DNA of 64,000 nt from Patescibacteria group bacterium (GTDB lineage Bacteria; Patescibacteriota; JAHJAL01): positions 64,520-128,519 of the forward strand of contig JBMORM010000025.1 of assembly GCA_049322675.1 (NCBI GenBank), in the 5' to 3' direction. The notes under the pieces were generated by a model that worked only from the letters and a program-made list of their open reading frames with translations, made no database searches and was not told the origin of the DNA. The translations under genes were made by a program, and so were the position numbers. Positions 37,231 through 45,340 of this stretch are shown one piece after another. Each line of letters starts with the position of its first letter. Within the stretch, counting starts at the first letter, position 1.

Positions 37231-37285
37231 TTTATGTCATTCTGGAAAGAAAGTGTAATCACGCTTCTTATCCAGAATCCAGCAC
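37231..37285. repeat. Hairpin repeat copy 3 (TATGTCATTCTGGAAAGAAAGTGTAATCACGCTTCTTATCCAGAATCCAGCA)
   Basis: It has the same outer stem (GTCATTCTGGA / TCCAGAAT) as the copies at 32843 and 33837. Confidence 0.5.
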
Positions 37286-37440
37286 CTTAATTTCCAATTT
37301 CCAGTTTCCAATTTCCAGTAAATGCTCAATTTCCAATTTCCAAACAAATATTAAGCAACAATTATTATTAATTTGAATTCGTTTGAAAATTGGTCATTGG
37401 AAATTTATTGGAAACTGGAAATTGTGAATTGGAAATTTCT
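37270..37440. repeat. Heptamer-based palindromic intergenic element (same subfamily as 32893)
   Basis: The left arm is ttaatttccaatttccagtttccaatttccagtaaatgctcaatttccaatttccaaacaaatattaagcaacaattattattaatttgaattcgtttgaaaattggtcattggaaatttattggaaactggaaattg. Confidence 0.8.
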
Positions 37441-37445
37441 CTGAG

Positions 37446-37790
37446 TCATTTCTTATTGAGTGAGTTAACAATTTTTTGAAAGATCATATTCAGTTGCTGA
37501 CTTTCTTGATAGAGTTTTTGAATTTCTACTCTATTATCTAGTTCACTTGAATACAGCATTTTGAGCCAATATTTTGTTTCATTCGTTTCTTTTTTGCAAA
37601 TAAATATTTTGTTTTTAAAATCTCGTTTTGAACTTGAATCATTGGCTTCATGATAATTTGCTCCGATACTTGTTCCTGAACGTATGACTTGATTGATTGT
37701 GTTTTTATTGATTATGTTGATTTTTATAGATTTGCAAAGACTAATTATTTTTATTCCAAAATCTGATGTTCGTTTTTCCAAATTGTACAT
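37446..37790 (-). CDS. Four-helix-bundle protein (TIGR02436 family, the type found in 23S rRNA intervening sequences)
   Basis: The protein carries the family signature SGTSIGANYHEANDSSSKRDFKNKIFICKKETNETKYWLKML. It is the only minus-strand gene inside the pilus island. Confidence 0.7.
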   Translation of the reverse strand: MYNLEKRTSDFGIKIISLCKSIKINIINKNTINQVIRSGTSIGANYHEANDSSSKRDFKNKIFICKKETNETKYWLKMLYSSELDNRVEIQKLYQESQQLNMIFQKIVNSLNKK

Positions 37791-37942
37791 GGATTGTTGT
37801 TAAAAAGTATTTATAATTACTTATAACAAATCTCGATTAACTAGAAATTAATAAAAATTTAAAATTAGATTATCGTTTGGAAATTGGTCATTGGAAATTT
37901 ATTGGAAATTGGAAACTGAAAATTGGAAATTAATAAACAACT

Positions 37943-38947
37943 ATGTTTACAAAACTAAAAAAAATATTAATAAATGACGATCGCGGATCAGCGATCATCC
38001 TCGCTTTAATAATAATAGCTGCCTTGGCTACCACCGGTATCGGCGCGGCCCGTTTGACCAAATCCAATATCTCGCAAACCACCAGTTTTGAAGACGGTCT
38101 CAAGGCTTACTATGCGGCGGAAGCGGGGGTGGAGGCGGCGCTGCTGGAATGGCGGTTTGATCATGATGTGGAGTTTTGGAACGCGGACAAAGCGCGGACT
38201 TGTTACAACGCCGTCAAATCCAGCCCGGATACTTTGGATGATCCTAGTTGTGAGTTGGCCAAGATGACAAGGATTGTTAATCTGCAGGGGAAAGCGGGGG
38301 AGAACCCGGTGGATATTACGAACAATAAGTTTGATGCTGAGGGGAATGTTACCAATGAGGATTACAAGGGTCCGACCAATCAACCTTGGTATGAGTTGAA
38401 GATTTATTATCGAGATCCGAAGAGACCAATAATTGGCAATCAAGATAATCCCAAGGATTTGACAAAAAATCCTGTTTACATTGATAAAGATCAAACTTAT
38501 GAGGTTAAATTTCCAGTAAGTGATAATGTTAGAAGTTTATATTTGCAATGGGCAAATAAAAATAATCCTGATGTTACAAAATTAATGTGGCATCCCATAG
38601 CTGAAAAGAATGGACAGGATACAATAATTGATATGGCGGCAAATAGATATTATAGCCAAGACTTTGAGTATAATTTTCCTGTAATAGTTGATAGTAATTA
38701 TTCTTCGGGCTTAAAAAGTCTGAGAGTTAAATGTTTATCTGACAATCAGGGAGTATATTTATCTTTATATGCTGAAGACGAGAATTTTGAGGTTGTCCAT
38801 TTACCTACTGATGAAGTGAATATTGAAGTGGTTGGACATTATAATAATACGGAAAGAAAAATTACTTATAAATTATCCAGACAGGCAGGTACCATTATGG
38901 ATATTTTTGATTTTGGAGTATTTTCTCAGAGTAGTTTAAGAAAATAA
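37943..38947 (+). CDS. PilX-like minor pilin (334 aa)
   Basis: The N-terminus DDRGSAIILALIIIAALATTGIGAARL is a PilX-type hydrophobic segment. Confidence 0.55.
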   Translation: MFTKLKKILINDDRGSAIILALIIIAALATTGIGAARLTKSNISQTTSFEDGLKAYYAAEAGVEAALLEWRFDHDVEFWNADKARTCYNAVKSSPDTLDDPSCELAKMTRIVNLQGKAGENPVDITNNKFDAEGNVTNEDYKGPTNQPWYELKIYYRDPKRPIIGNQDNPKDLTKNPVYIDKDQTYEVKFPVSDNVRSLYLQWANKNNPDVTKLMWHPIAEKNGQDTIIDMAANRYYSQDFEYNFPVIVDSNYSSGLKSLRVKCLSDNQGVYLSLYAEDENFEVVHLPTDEVNIEVVGHYNNTERKITYKLSRQAGTIMDIFDFGVFSQSSLRK

Positions 38948-38968
38948 ATAAAATTGGGCAAATAAAAA

Positions 38969-38992
38969 GCCTTGGGCAAGGGGGCCCAAGGC
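38969..38992. terminator. Bidirectional terminator hairpin GCCTTGGGC-AAGGGG-GCCCAAGGC
   Basis: It has a perfect 9-bp GC stem. It sits between the convergent pilX-like gene (+) and the lipoprotein gene (-). It is flanked by A and T runs. Confidence 0.65.
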
Positions 38993-39056
38993 ACAAATTT
39001 TAAATCTATATTTTTATATAGATTTTTATTTTTGTTTTGAGGAGAAAAGCAGGGGA

Positions 39057-40538
39057 TTAGTAAGTGTCGTTATTAAATGATGAAATGTTAATATTGTCTA
39101 TTTCTGTTTGGACAATTTTATTATCATCTGTTAGCGCGAAGCCTGTGGAGTTTTGGCATGAAATTTTGTATTTAAGTTCTTTTGTAGTGTTGTCAATTAC
39201 TATTAGAAAATAGTTATTGTCAACTATGTTTTTTCCTACAATTAAGGTGTAACTGTTAAAGATGTTGATAGGACCATATGAATAAGTGTCTGGGTAGTTG
39301 TTACCATATTTATGGCTCCAAGTTCCTAATTTATTGAATACATCGATTTCATGATTTGTTGTATCTGACACATAAATGTTGTCAGAATCTACACATAATG
39401 ATTGAGGAATGGATAGTTTATCACTGCCGAAACTGTTGACTCTATTTCCAGTAAGATTAAATACCTCAACTTCACTTGTTGTTGCATTAATTCCAAAAAT
39501 ATCGTCTCCAATGATGTCTATATCACGTAAGTTAGGAGAGTAATTGTTCCCATCTTTTTTTATTATGACGGTAGATTCATAATTTCCGGTGTTGTCTAGG
39601 ATAAATAGTTTCCCGATACCAGCTACGTAGATTTTATCTTGGGACCCATCGGGAAAGGATGTGTTGTAATATATCGCTATACCGATTGCTGATGGCGAAC
39701 CACCAGGTATTATTGTGTCTTTCACTATTTTTCTATAAGTGGCAGAATCTGGATCTGTGTCTATGACATATACACTACTTCCTGCTGCAATAAATCCTTT
39801 TTTCTTGTATATTTCGATATCATTAGGTCTCTTCGTAATTTGTGTTTCAATTAAGAAATTGGAGTGTTGCAACGATAGGTGAGGGTATGGTCCAGGCAAT
39901 GGAGTATTTGTCGCCGTAGGCACAGGAATGGTATTTGTTGCCGTCGGAACCACAACATTGGTCGGTGTCGCCGTAGGCGGCACCGGTGTCGGGGTTCCTG
40001 GCCCGACTGTATTTGTCGGTGTAGGTGTCAATGTAGGTCCACCCGGCGTCACCGTCGGGGTCGGAGTCAAAGTCGGACCGCCCGGTGTAACCGTGGCGGT
40101 TGGAGTCGCTGTTGCGACTCCATTTTGTCCGTCGATAATCAGCGATGTTGTTTCGGAATTTGAGGTTGAAAAAGAAGTTGCTCCAACCGTAACTCCGGAG
40201 GAATTTTTTGATGTTACATCATAGTTTGAGTCTCTTGGAAGATCTTTTGTTGCGGTTCCTTCCACATTTAAATTCACCACAACTACTGCCTGTCCTTCAA
40301 TTATTTTTCCAGACGAATCCTTTTTAAGTATTTCCAGAGTTCCGTTATCGAGAACGGGATTTTTTGTAATAAAAAATACTCTGGTCATATCCGAATTAGG
40401 TGGAAAATCGATGGTTGGAACAGCCGTGGGCTGTATTGGATTGGGGTCTAATGCCCCACCTCCGCCACAACCGACTGCAACTCCAAGAGCCAACAAGAAA
40501 AAACTAAGAAAAAAATATCTAAAAAAAGCCTTTTTCAC
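39057..40538 (-). CDS. Lipoprotein with Pro/Thr-rich linker and NHL-repeat beta-propeller domain
   Basis: The lipobox is LALGVAVGC. The linker reads TPTATVTPGGPTLTPTPTVTPGGPTLTPTPTNTVGPGTPTPVPP. An NHL-like repeat reads YVSDTTNHEIDVFN. Confidence 0.65.
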   Translation of the reverse strand: MKKAFFRYFFLSFFLLALGVAVGCGGGGALDPNPIQPTAVPTIDFPPNSDMTRVFFITKNPVLDNGTLEILKKDSSGKIIEGQAVVVVNLNVEGTATKDLPRDSNYDVTSKNSSGVTVGATSFSTSNSETTSLIIDGQNGVATATPTATVTPGGPTLTPTPTVTPGGPTLTPTPTNTVGPGTPTPVPPTATPTNVVVPTATNTIPVPTATNTPLPGPYPHLSLQHSNFLIETQITKRPNDIEIYKKKGFIAAGSSVYVIDTDPDSATYRKIVKDTIIPGGSPSAIGIAIYYNTSFPDGSQDKIYVAGIGKLFILDNTGNYESTVIIKKDGNNYSPNLRDIDIIGDDIFGINATTSEVEVFNLTGNRVNSFGSDKLSIPQSLCVDSDNIYVSDTTNHEIDVFNKLGTWSHKYGNNYPDTYSYGPINIFNSYTLIVGKNIVDNNYFLIVIDNTTKELKYKISCQNSTGFALTDDNKIVQTEIDNINISSFNNDTY

Positions 40539-40834
40539 AAAACATCATCCTTTCATTCGAAAAATTCTGCCAACCAATCCAGGGGCTGGCTGTTCTGGGT
40601 CACATGAAACACCGCTGTGTAACTTTTTTCTGTTTCCTCGAAGACTTTCGGAAATCCGTCTGTTGAGGAAAAGAAAAAAATAATTGTTAGAAAAATCATC
40701 AAGAAGACTTTTTTCAACTTTTCTCACATCCCTTCTTTTTGTTTATTTAAAAAATTTTAATTTAATACAAAAATTTTGGCTTCTTGTCTTTTTTTAATTT
40801 TTGACAAAGAAACCGAGAAATAGACAGAATATTA

Positions 40835-40975
40835 ATTTCCAGTTTCCAATTTCCAAGTTCCAAAGAATTTCCAATGATCAATTTCTAAACCTTTTTGATA
40901 TATCCGAATATTTTAACGATATATTGTTTGAAAATTGAGAATTGAAAATTGGAAATTGCATTTCTGTCTGTTTCC
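40835..40975. repeat. Heptamer-based palindromic intergenic element
   Basis: The left arm is aatttccagtttccaatttccaagttccaaagaatttccaatgatcaatttc. The right arm is tttgaaaattgagaattgaaaattggaaattg. Confidence 0.75.
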
Positions 40976-41237
40976 CGGTTCCCTTGTCGTTGTTAAAGTG
41001 CGCACATTTTCCCACTTCAATTATACCTCGATTATTAACAAATATATATGTTGACAAAATGTGCAAAATATTTATTTGTAATAATTGCTGGGGTTTAATA
41101 ATATATTCACTGCAAAATGTGGGTTTTGTTCTTCACGGCTAGAACTGTATCAGAAGATCAGATTTCGGGCAAGGGTTTTTGGAGATAAAAAATGCTATCA
41201 GTAAAAATACTAATAGCAAAATATTATGAAGTTATAT

Positions 41238-41429
41238 TTATGTATTTGGTTTTATTTGATTAACTTTGATCTGAACTATAACTTCAAATTCTGAATTTTC
41301 GTGTTCGAACTTGGAAATGAAGTGTTTGATAACTTCTTTTTCTTTGTCGTTTCCATCTTTTCTAACCACTTTTAATTCTTTTATCTTTTCAGCGTCAAGA
41401 ATTGGTAAACATTTTGACAAATCAATCAT
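41238..41429 (-). CDS. Small hypothetical protein (about 63 aa); start uncertain
   Basis: The ORF lies downstream of the rSAM operon and has one Cys. The ORF track extends to 41465, but that upstream part overlaps the terminator hairpin. Confidence 0.3.
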   Translation of the reverse strand: MIDLSKCLPILDAEKIKELKVVRKDGNDKEKEVIKHFISKFEHENSEFEVIVQIKVNQIKPNT

Positions 41430-41456
41430 CTCCTTTTCAGGGTTTAATATAAATAA

Positions 41457-41490
41457 ACCCCGCAACGGAATTATTTCCGTGCGGGGAAAA
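41457..41490 (-). terminator. Hairpin CCCCGCAACGGAATTATTTCCGTGCGGGG followed by a T-run on the minus strand
   Basis: It is a GC-rich stem downstream of the minus-strand operon 43822-41585. The T-run lies on the minus strand (plus strand reads aaataaa). Confidence 0.5.
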
Positions 41491-41584
41491 AGGTTATTTC
41501 TTTATATTTGTATCTGTGTTTTTCTGAGCTTTAACCTTTTTTTGGATTTTGATTTCCTTTACCTTGTTTTGATCAAGGCTTGAT

Positions 41585-42151
41585 TTACACTTGGACATCC
41601 GTTTCCACCTCCTTTACTATCTGGTAGTTATTCTTTTCGGTTGAAGTAGTTAGAAAAAACATTTTTCGAAATGTTGAGGCGATATTACTCATGAGGGTTG
41701 GTTGTATTCTCTCGATGAGATTTTTTGTAGTTTGAATAAAATGTGAAAAAGTATTTTCTACTATTTTATTTTGGATAAATAGGCAGTCGGTGTGTATGAC
41801 CCAATAAAGTTTGTCATCCTCGCATTCAAGACCTAGTGGATATGAGTGACAAACGAATGGTCTTTGGTCGTAGATTTGACAGTCTCTGTCATTTTGACAT
41901 AGACTGCACTTTGGGTATTTTTTATAGAGATTGGCTTGATAATTTTGCGGTGCGATGAAATTGGCTTCGTTATTAATATTCAAAATTTCTGCGCCAGTTT
42001 CATATATTTGATCAATCTCTTCATCTAATAACCAAATAAAACCCATGCAATCGGGAAAATTACACTTTTGGCAACAGTCCATGTCAGACATTAATTTATC
42101 AAATTCTTGGTTTAATTCAGTTAAGGAATTAATTGCGTTCAAGAATGACAC
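41585..42151 (-). CDS. YkgJ/UPF0153-family Cys-cluster (Fe/Zn-chelating) protein
   Basis: One Cys cluster is CCQKCNFPDC. A second is CSLCQNDRDCQIYDQRPFVCHSYP (the CxIYxxRPxxCRxYP signature). Confidence 0.6.
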   Translation of the reverse strand: MSFLNAINSLTELNQEFDKLMSDMDCCQKCNFPDCMGFIWLLDEEIDQIYETGAEILNINNEANFIAPQNYQANLYKKYPKCSLCQNDRDCQIYDQRPFVCHSYPLGLECEDDKLYWVIHTDCLFIQNKIVENTFSHFIQTTKNLIERIQPTLMSNIASTFRKMFFLTTSTEKNNYQIVKEVETDVQV

Positions 42152-42155
42152 CTCC

Positions 42156-43517
42156 TTATATTGAATCCAGAGCTTCTATTTTGAATAGTTGATCGACGAA
42201 GAATCCGATGTCATCTTTTTCGACTTCATCCTGAAATAATTTGACTAAGTCAATTTCAGATTCAATGTGATTTTTAATTATTGTGTTAAACATGGCTAGG
42301 GCTTGATCATTTAGTTTAACCGTTTGGTATCTTGTTTTCAGAAATTTGTCATCATATTTTAAAATTAATTTGGTATATTTATTAATTTTAAAAAACCTAT
42401 TTGCCTGAAGGGAAGGTGGAGTTGTTATGACATTTTTTTTAGTTTCATGGTTTGAAATAAATTTTTTGTCGATATTTTCGTGGCGAACAGCATAGTCGAT
42501 GCAGAATTCATTTGAACAGTTTGTGTCGACTTTGCATCCGCAGCGACAATCATTGAGTAGTTTACAAGATTTGCATGGTTCGGTAACCCAACTTAGATCT
42601 CGAAAAATATCGAGATTCTTTTTTTGCCAGATTTTTTCTATCGGTTCTTCAAGGATGTTGCCAAATGATAGCTGAGATTGATTACACATTCTGACTTCAC
42701 CATCAGGATTAATGGCTGCGAAATAATCTCCAACTCCACAGTCGCAAGTCATGTTGTGTTCCAATAATCTTGAATCAAGACAGAAAGGTATGGCGGTTCC
42801 AAAACCGACTTTGCCTTTGAGTCCTTTAAAATCATCTCTGGCATTAATCATCTGGCCTAAGGCGATTCTGAATTGTTCTAAAGTTGGTCTGAGACGGTAT
42901 TTGTCGGATTGTTTTGCTCCAACTCCCCCGTCTTCGTATCTGTCGACAAAGATTGATTCCATGCCGAGGCTTTCAGCTAAGCCAATAATGTCGTAGATCT
43001 GATCGTAGTTGTATCCAGATAAAACAGGAATGCAGCGAACGTCAAATCCTTGCGAAACATAATATTTGGTATTTTCTATGATTTTAGGAAAACTTCCAGG
43101 GACCTGATTCAAAAACTCGTGTGTTTCTTGATTTCTGCCGTGCAAGGGAATGCCAATACAGGCTAATTTATTAGATAAACCATCCAGTTTAACAATTCCA
43201 TTTGTAACAATAGTTACTGAAGAATGATCGCTTAAAATATTGATGTATTCATTCAGTTTTTTTGTCCCAAGTAAACTAGGCTCTCCACCGATGAGATAAA
43301 CATGTGGTATCTGACTTTCTGCTATATTCTTTACAATCCGATCAATTATTCCAAAATCAATTTTTTGGGAACGATTTGGGTTATAGCAAAAAAGACATTT
43401 GCCGTTGCAGGCATATGTCGTTTCGATGTGACAGAGGTGAGGAATAGAGTCAAAAGAAATGTAATTTTCTGGATTGATATCTTTTGACTTGTAATCAGTT
43501 ACTCTGACGGTTTTCAA
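42156..43517 (-). CDS. Radical SAM enzyme with C-terminal SPASM domain (peptide or cofactor maturase class)
   Basis: The radical-SAM motif is CNGKCLFC (CxxxCxxC). The SPASM part reads CDCGVGDYFAAINPDGEVRMC...GNILEEPIEKIW...CKSCKLLNDCRCGC. Confidence 0.8.
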   Translation of the reverse strand: MKTVRVTDYKSKDINPENYISFDSIPHLCHIETTYACNGKCLFCYNPNRSQKIDFGIIDRIVKNIAESQIPHVYLIGGEPSLLGTKKLNEYINILSDHSSVTIVTNGIVKLDGLSNKLACIGIPLHGRNQETHEFLNQVPGSFPKIIENTKYYVSQGFDVRCIPVLSGYNYDQIYDIIGLAESLGMESIFVDRYEDGGVGAKQSDKYRLRPTLEQFRIALGQMINARDDFKGLKGKVGFGTAIPFCLDSRLLEHNMTCDCGVGDYFAAINPDGEVRMCNQSQLSFGNILEEPIEKIWQKKNLDIFRDLSWVTEPCKSCKLLNDCRCGCKVDTNCSNEFCIDYAVRHENIDKKFISNHETKKNVITTPPSLQANRFFKINKYTKLILKYDDKFLKTRYQTVKLNDQALAMFNTIIKNHIESEIDLVKLFQDEVEKDDIGFFVDQLFKIEALDSI

Positions 43518-43822
43518 ATTGTATCAGCTCCTTTTCTAGAAATTTCTATTATCTTGTCAAAATTATCATTTTGGGCAACTTTATTCTTTTTTTGATAATT
43601 GCATTTGACACATTGATGAACAAGAATATAGTTTCCATTTTTTGATTCAATGGATATTGGTCTCATGAGAGATTGACAATTTGACATCCTGTCACCAGGG
43701 TTAATATCTACATGCTTACTGTGGAGACAGTTTGGACAATGATTGGTATAACCATTGCCGATAACTTTTTCTCCACAATGTTCGCAGGTAAAATTCTCTA
43801 TTTTTCGTTGAAATTTTTTCAT
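43514..43822 (-). CDS. RNHCP-domain Cys-rich protein (7 Cys, zinc-ribbon-like)
   Basis: The protein reads FTCEHCGEKVIGNGYTNHCPNCLHSKHVD. A 4-nt ATGA overlap joins it to the rSAM gene. Confidence 0.6.
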   Translation of the reverse strand: MKKFQRKIENFTCEHCGEKVIGNGYTNHCPNCLHSKHVDINPGDRMSNCQSLMRPISIESKNGNYILVHQCVKCNYQKKNKVAQNDNFDKIIEISRKGADTI

Positions 43823-43967
43823 TGCTTATAATTTACCTCCTATTTTTATTTTTGTAAAAAAAGAGCCCTAAACATTGTCTAGGTCTCAATTTTAAAGTTC
43901 GAAGTCTGATTGAATTGTAATTTTTTTTTTGCATAGATGTCAATAGGGAAGAGGATTTTATATTTTA

Positions 43968-44456
43968 TTGTCAATGGAGGTTGCAGTGGAGACAGAATGT
44001 GTATTTTGTAAAATTGTAAAAGGGGAGATACCATGTCATAAAATTTGGGAGGATGAGAAATATTTGGCGTTTTTGTCGATATTTCCGAATACTGATGGGT
44101 TTACGGTTGTAATATCAAAGGAACATTATCCCAGTTATGGATTTGATGTAGAAAATCAAGTATTGGTCGGGTTGTTGCTGGCATGCAAATCGGTGGCGAA
44201 ATTGATTGATAAAAATATGGACGATGTTGGTCGAACGGCGTTGATTATGGAAGGATTTGGGGTTGACCATTTGCACATGAAATTGTTTCCGATGCATGGG
44301 ACCAAGATGAAAGAGTGGAGACCAATTAATTTTTCTTCGGATAAGTATTTTGACAGATATGAGGGATATGTTTCTTCGCATGATTGCGAGAGAATTGACG
44401 ATGAAAAATTGGTGCAAATTGCTAGAAAAATAAGAGGAGAGATAAACGAAAATTAA
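43968..44456 (+). CDS. HIT-family (histidine triad-like) hydrolase
   Basis: The N-terminus carries CVFCKIVKGEIPC. The HIT-like motif is VDHLHMKLFP, with Lys in place of the third histidine. Confidence 0.7.
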   Translation: MSMEVAVETECVFCKIVKGEIPCHKIWEDEKYLAFLSIFPNTDGFTVVISKEHYPSYGFDVENQVLVGLLLACKSVAKLIDKNMDDVGRTALIMEGFGVDHLHMKLFPMHGTKMKEWRPINFSSDKYFDRYEGYVSSHDCERIDDEKLVQIARKIRGEINEN

Positions 44457-44477
44457 TTATGTACTTGTTGGGATTAA

Positions 44478-44912
44478 TTATAAGTGAAATCCAAATTCGG
44501 TATATGTCGTTCCTTTTATGATTTCGTTGATTCCGACTGATACGTGATCAATCAGTGATGAAGGCAGATCAGAAGTATTAAACCACTTTATTTCACTGCA
44601 TTTTTCCGGCTCGTTGTTTGTGGCGGTTCCGGTCCATTTTTTGACTAGAAAGAAAACATAGATTCTTTCTCCGCGATCATCTTTGTGATGCATAAACAGA
44701 GGAGTTCCAAAATCGGAAATTTTGACAGATAAATTTACTTCCTCTTGTGCTTCTCTGATAGTAGCTTGTCTGATGGTTTCATTCTTTTCCAACCGTCCGG
44801 CCGGTACTGACCATTTGCTATCATTGAAGCCGGTATTGCATCGTTTTAATAATAGTATTGATTGGTTTTCGAGAAATATAATGTTGACGGCAAGGGGGAA
44901 ATTGTTGTTCAT
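44478..44912 (-). CDS. NUDIX hydrolase
   Basis: The Nudix box is GRLEKNETIRQATIREAQEEVNL (Gx5Ex7REUxEExGU). Confidence 0.8.
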   Translation of the reverse strand: MNNNFPLAVNIIFLENQSILLLKRCNTGFNDSKWSVPAGRLEKNETIRQATIREAQEEVNLSVKISDFGTPLFMHHKDDRGERIYVFFLVKKWTGTATNNEPEKCSEIKWFNTSDLPSSLIDHVSVGINEIIKGTTYTEFGFHL

Positions 44913-44946
44913 GGTTTTTTTAGATAATTTTGATGAAATTTTATGC

Positions 44947-44971
44947 AGGGGCGGGTTTCAAACCCGCCCCT
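44947..44971. terminator. Bidirectional GC-rich palindromic hairpin AGGGGCGGGTTTCAAACCCGCCCCT
   Basis: The stem is a perfect 12-bp pairing. It lies between two minus-strand genes. It belongs to the GGGGCGG family. Confidence 0.6.
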
Positions 44972-44999
44972 ACGATGCAAAACCCACTGAAAATATTTA

Positions 45000-45242
45000 T
45001 TAGATTTTATCTTCCAAAACCTTAACTCGATGGACTAGGCGGTTGTGATCGATTTTATAGACGTAATTGTTTTTGGCAATTTGCAGATCCTGGATGTCGG
45101 TTTTCATGTCAGTGATGTCGATTTGTATTTGGTCGATTTTATGATTAATTTCTTCGAATTTTTTATCAAATTTTTTATCAACTTCACAGAAGCCGTTGGC
45201 GATCATACGGGCAAGTTGGTTGGTGGTGACTTTTTGGTTCAT
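45000..45242 (-). CDS. Small coiled-coil hypothetical protein (80 aa)
   Basis: The ORF is intact. A heptad-like stretch reads IDQIQIDITDMKTDIQDLQIAKNNYVYKI. Confidence 0.4.
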   Translation of the reverse strand: MNQKVTTNQLARMIANGFCEVDKKFDKKFEEINHKIDQIQIDITDMKTDIQDLQIAKNNYVYKIDHNRLVHRVKVLEDKI

Positions 45243-45340
45243 AAATTTTTTTATTATGTATTTATTGTATAAAAATATATTAACAAATTGAAGGTTAAGA
45301 ATATTTTAGGAAATGATTAACATAATATTATATTTTATCC

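Noticed and set aside
39879-40224. Arg/Cys-rich plus-strand ORFs (RRRHRNGICCRR...) and the Pro/Gly/Val-rich ORF at 39928-40224
   Set aside because: They are antisense or out-of-frame readings of the low-complexity Pro/Thr linker (ACCCCGACCGTC repeats) of the minus-strand NHL lipoprotein. There is no independent start or RBS context.
40545-40727. A 60-aa minus-strand ORF directly upstream of the NHL lipoprotein gene
   Set aside because: It overlaps the AT-rich promoter or leader region of the lipoprotein gene. It has no recognisable composition or motif, so it is most likely non-coding.
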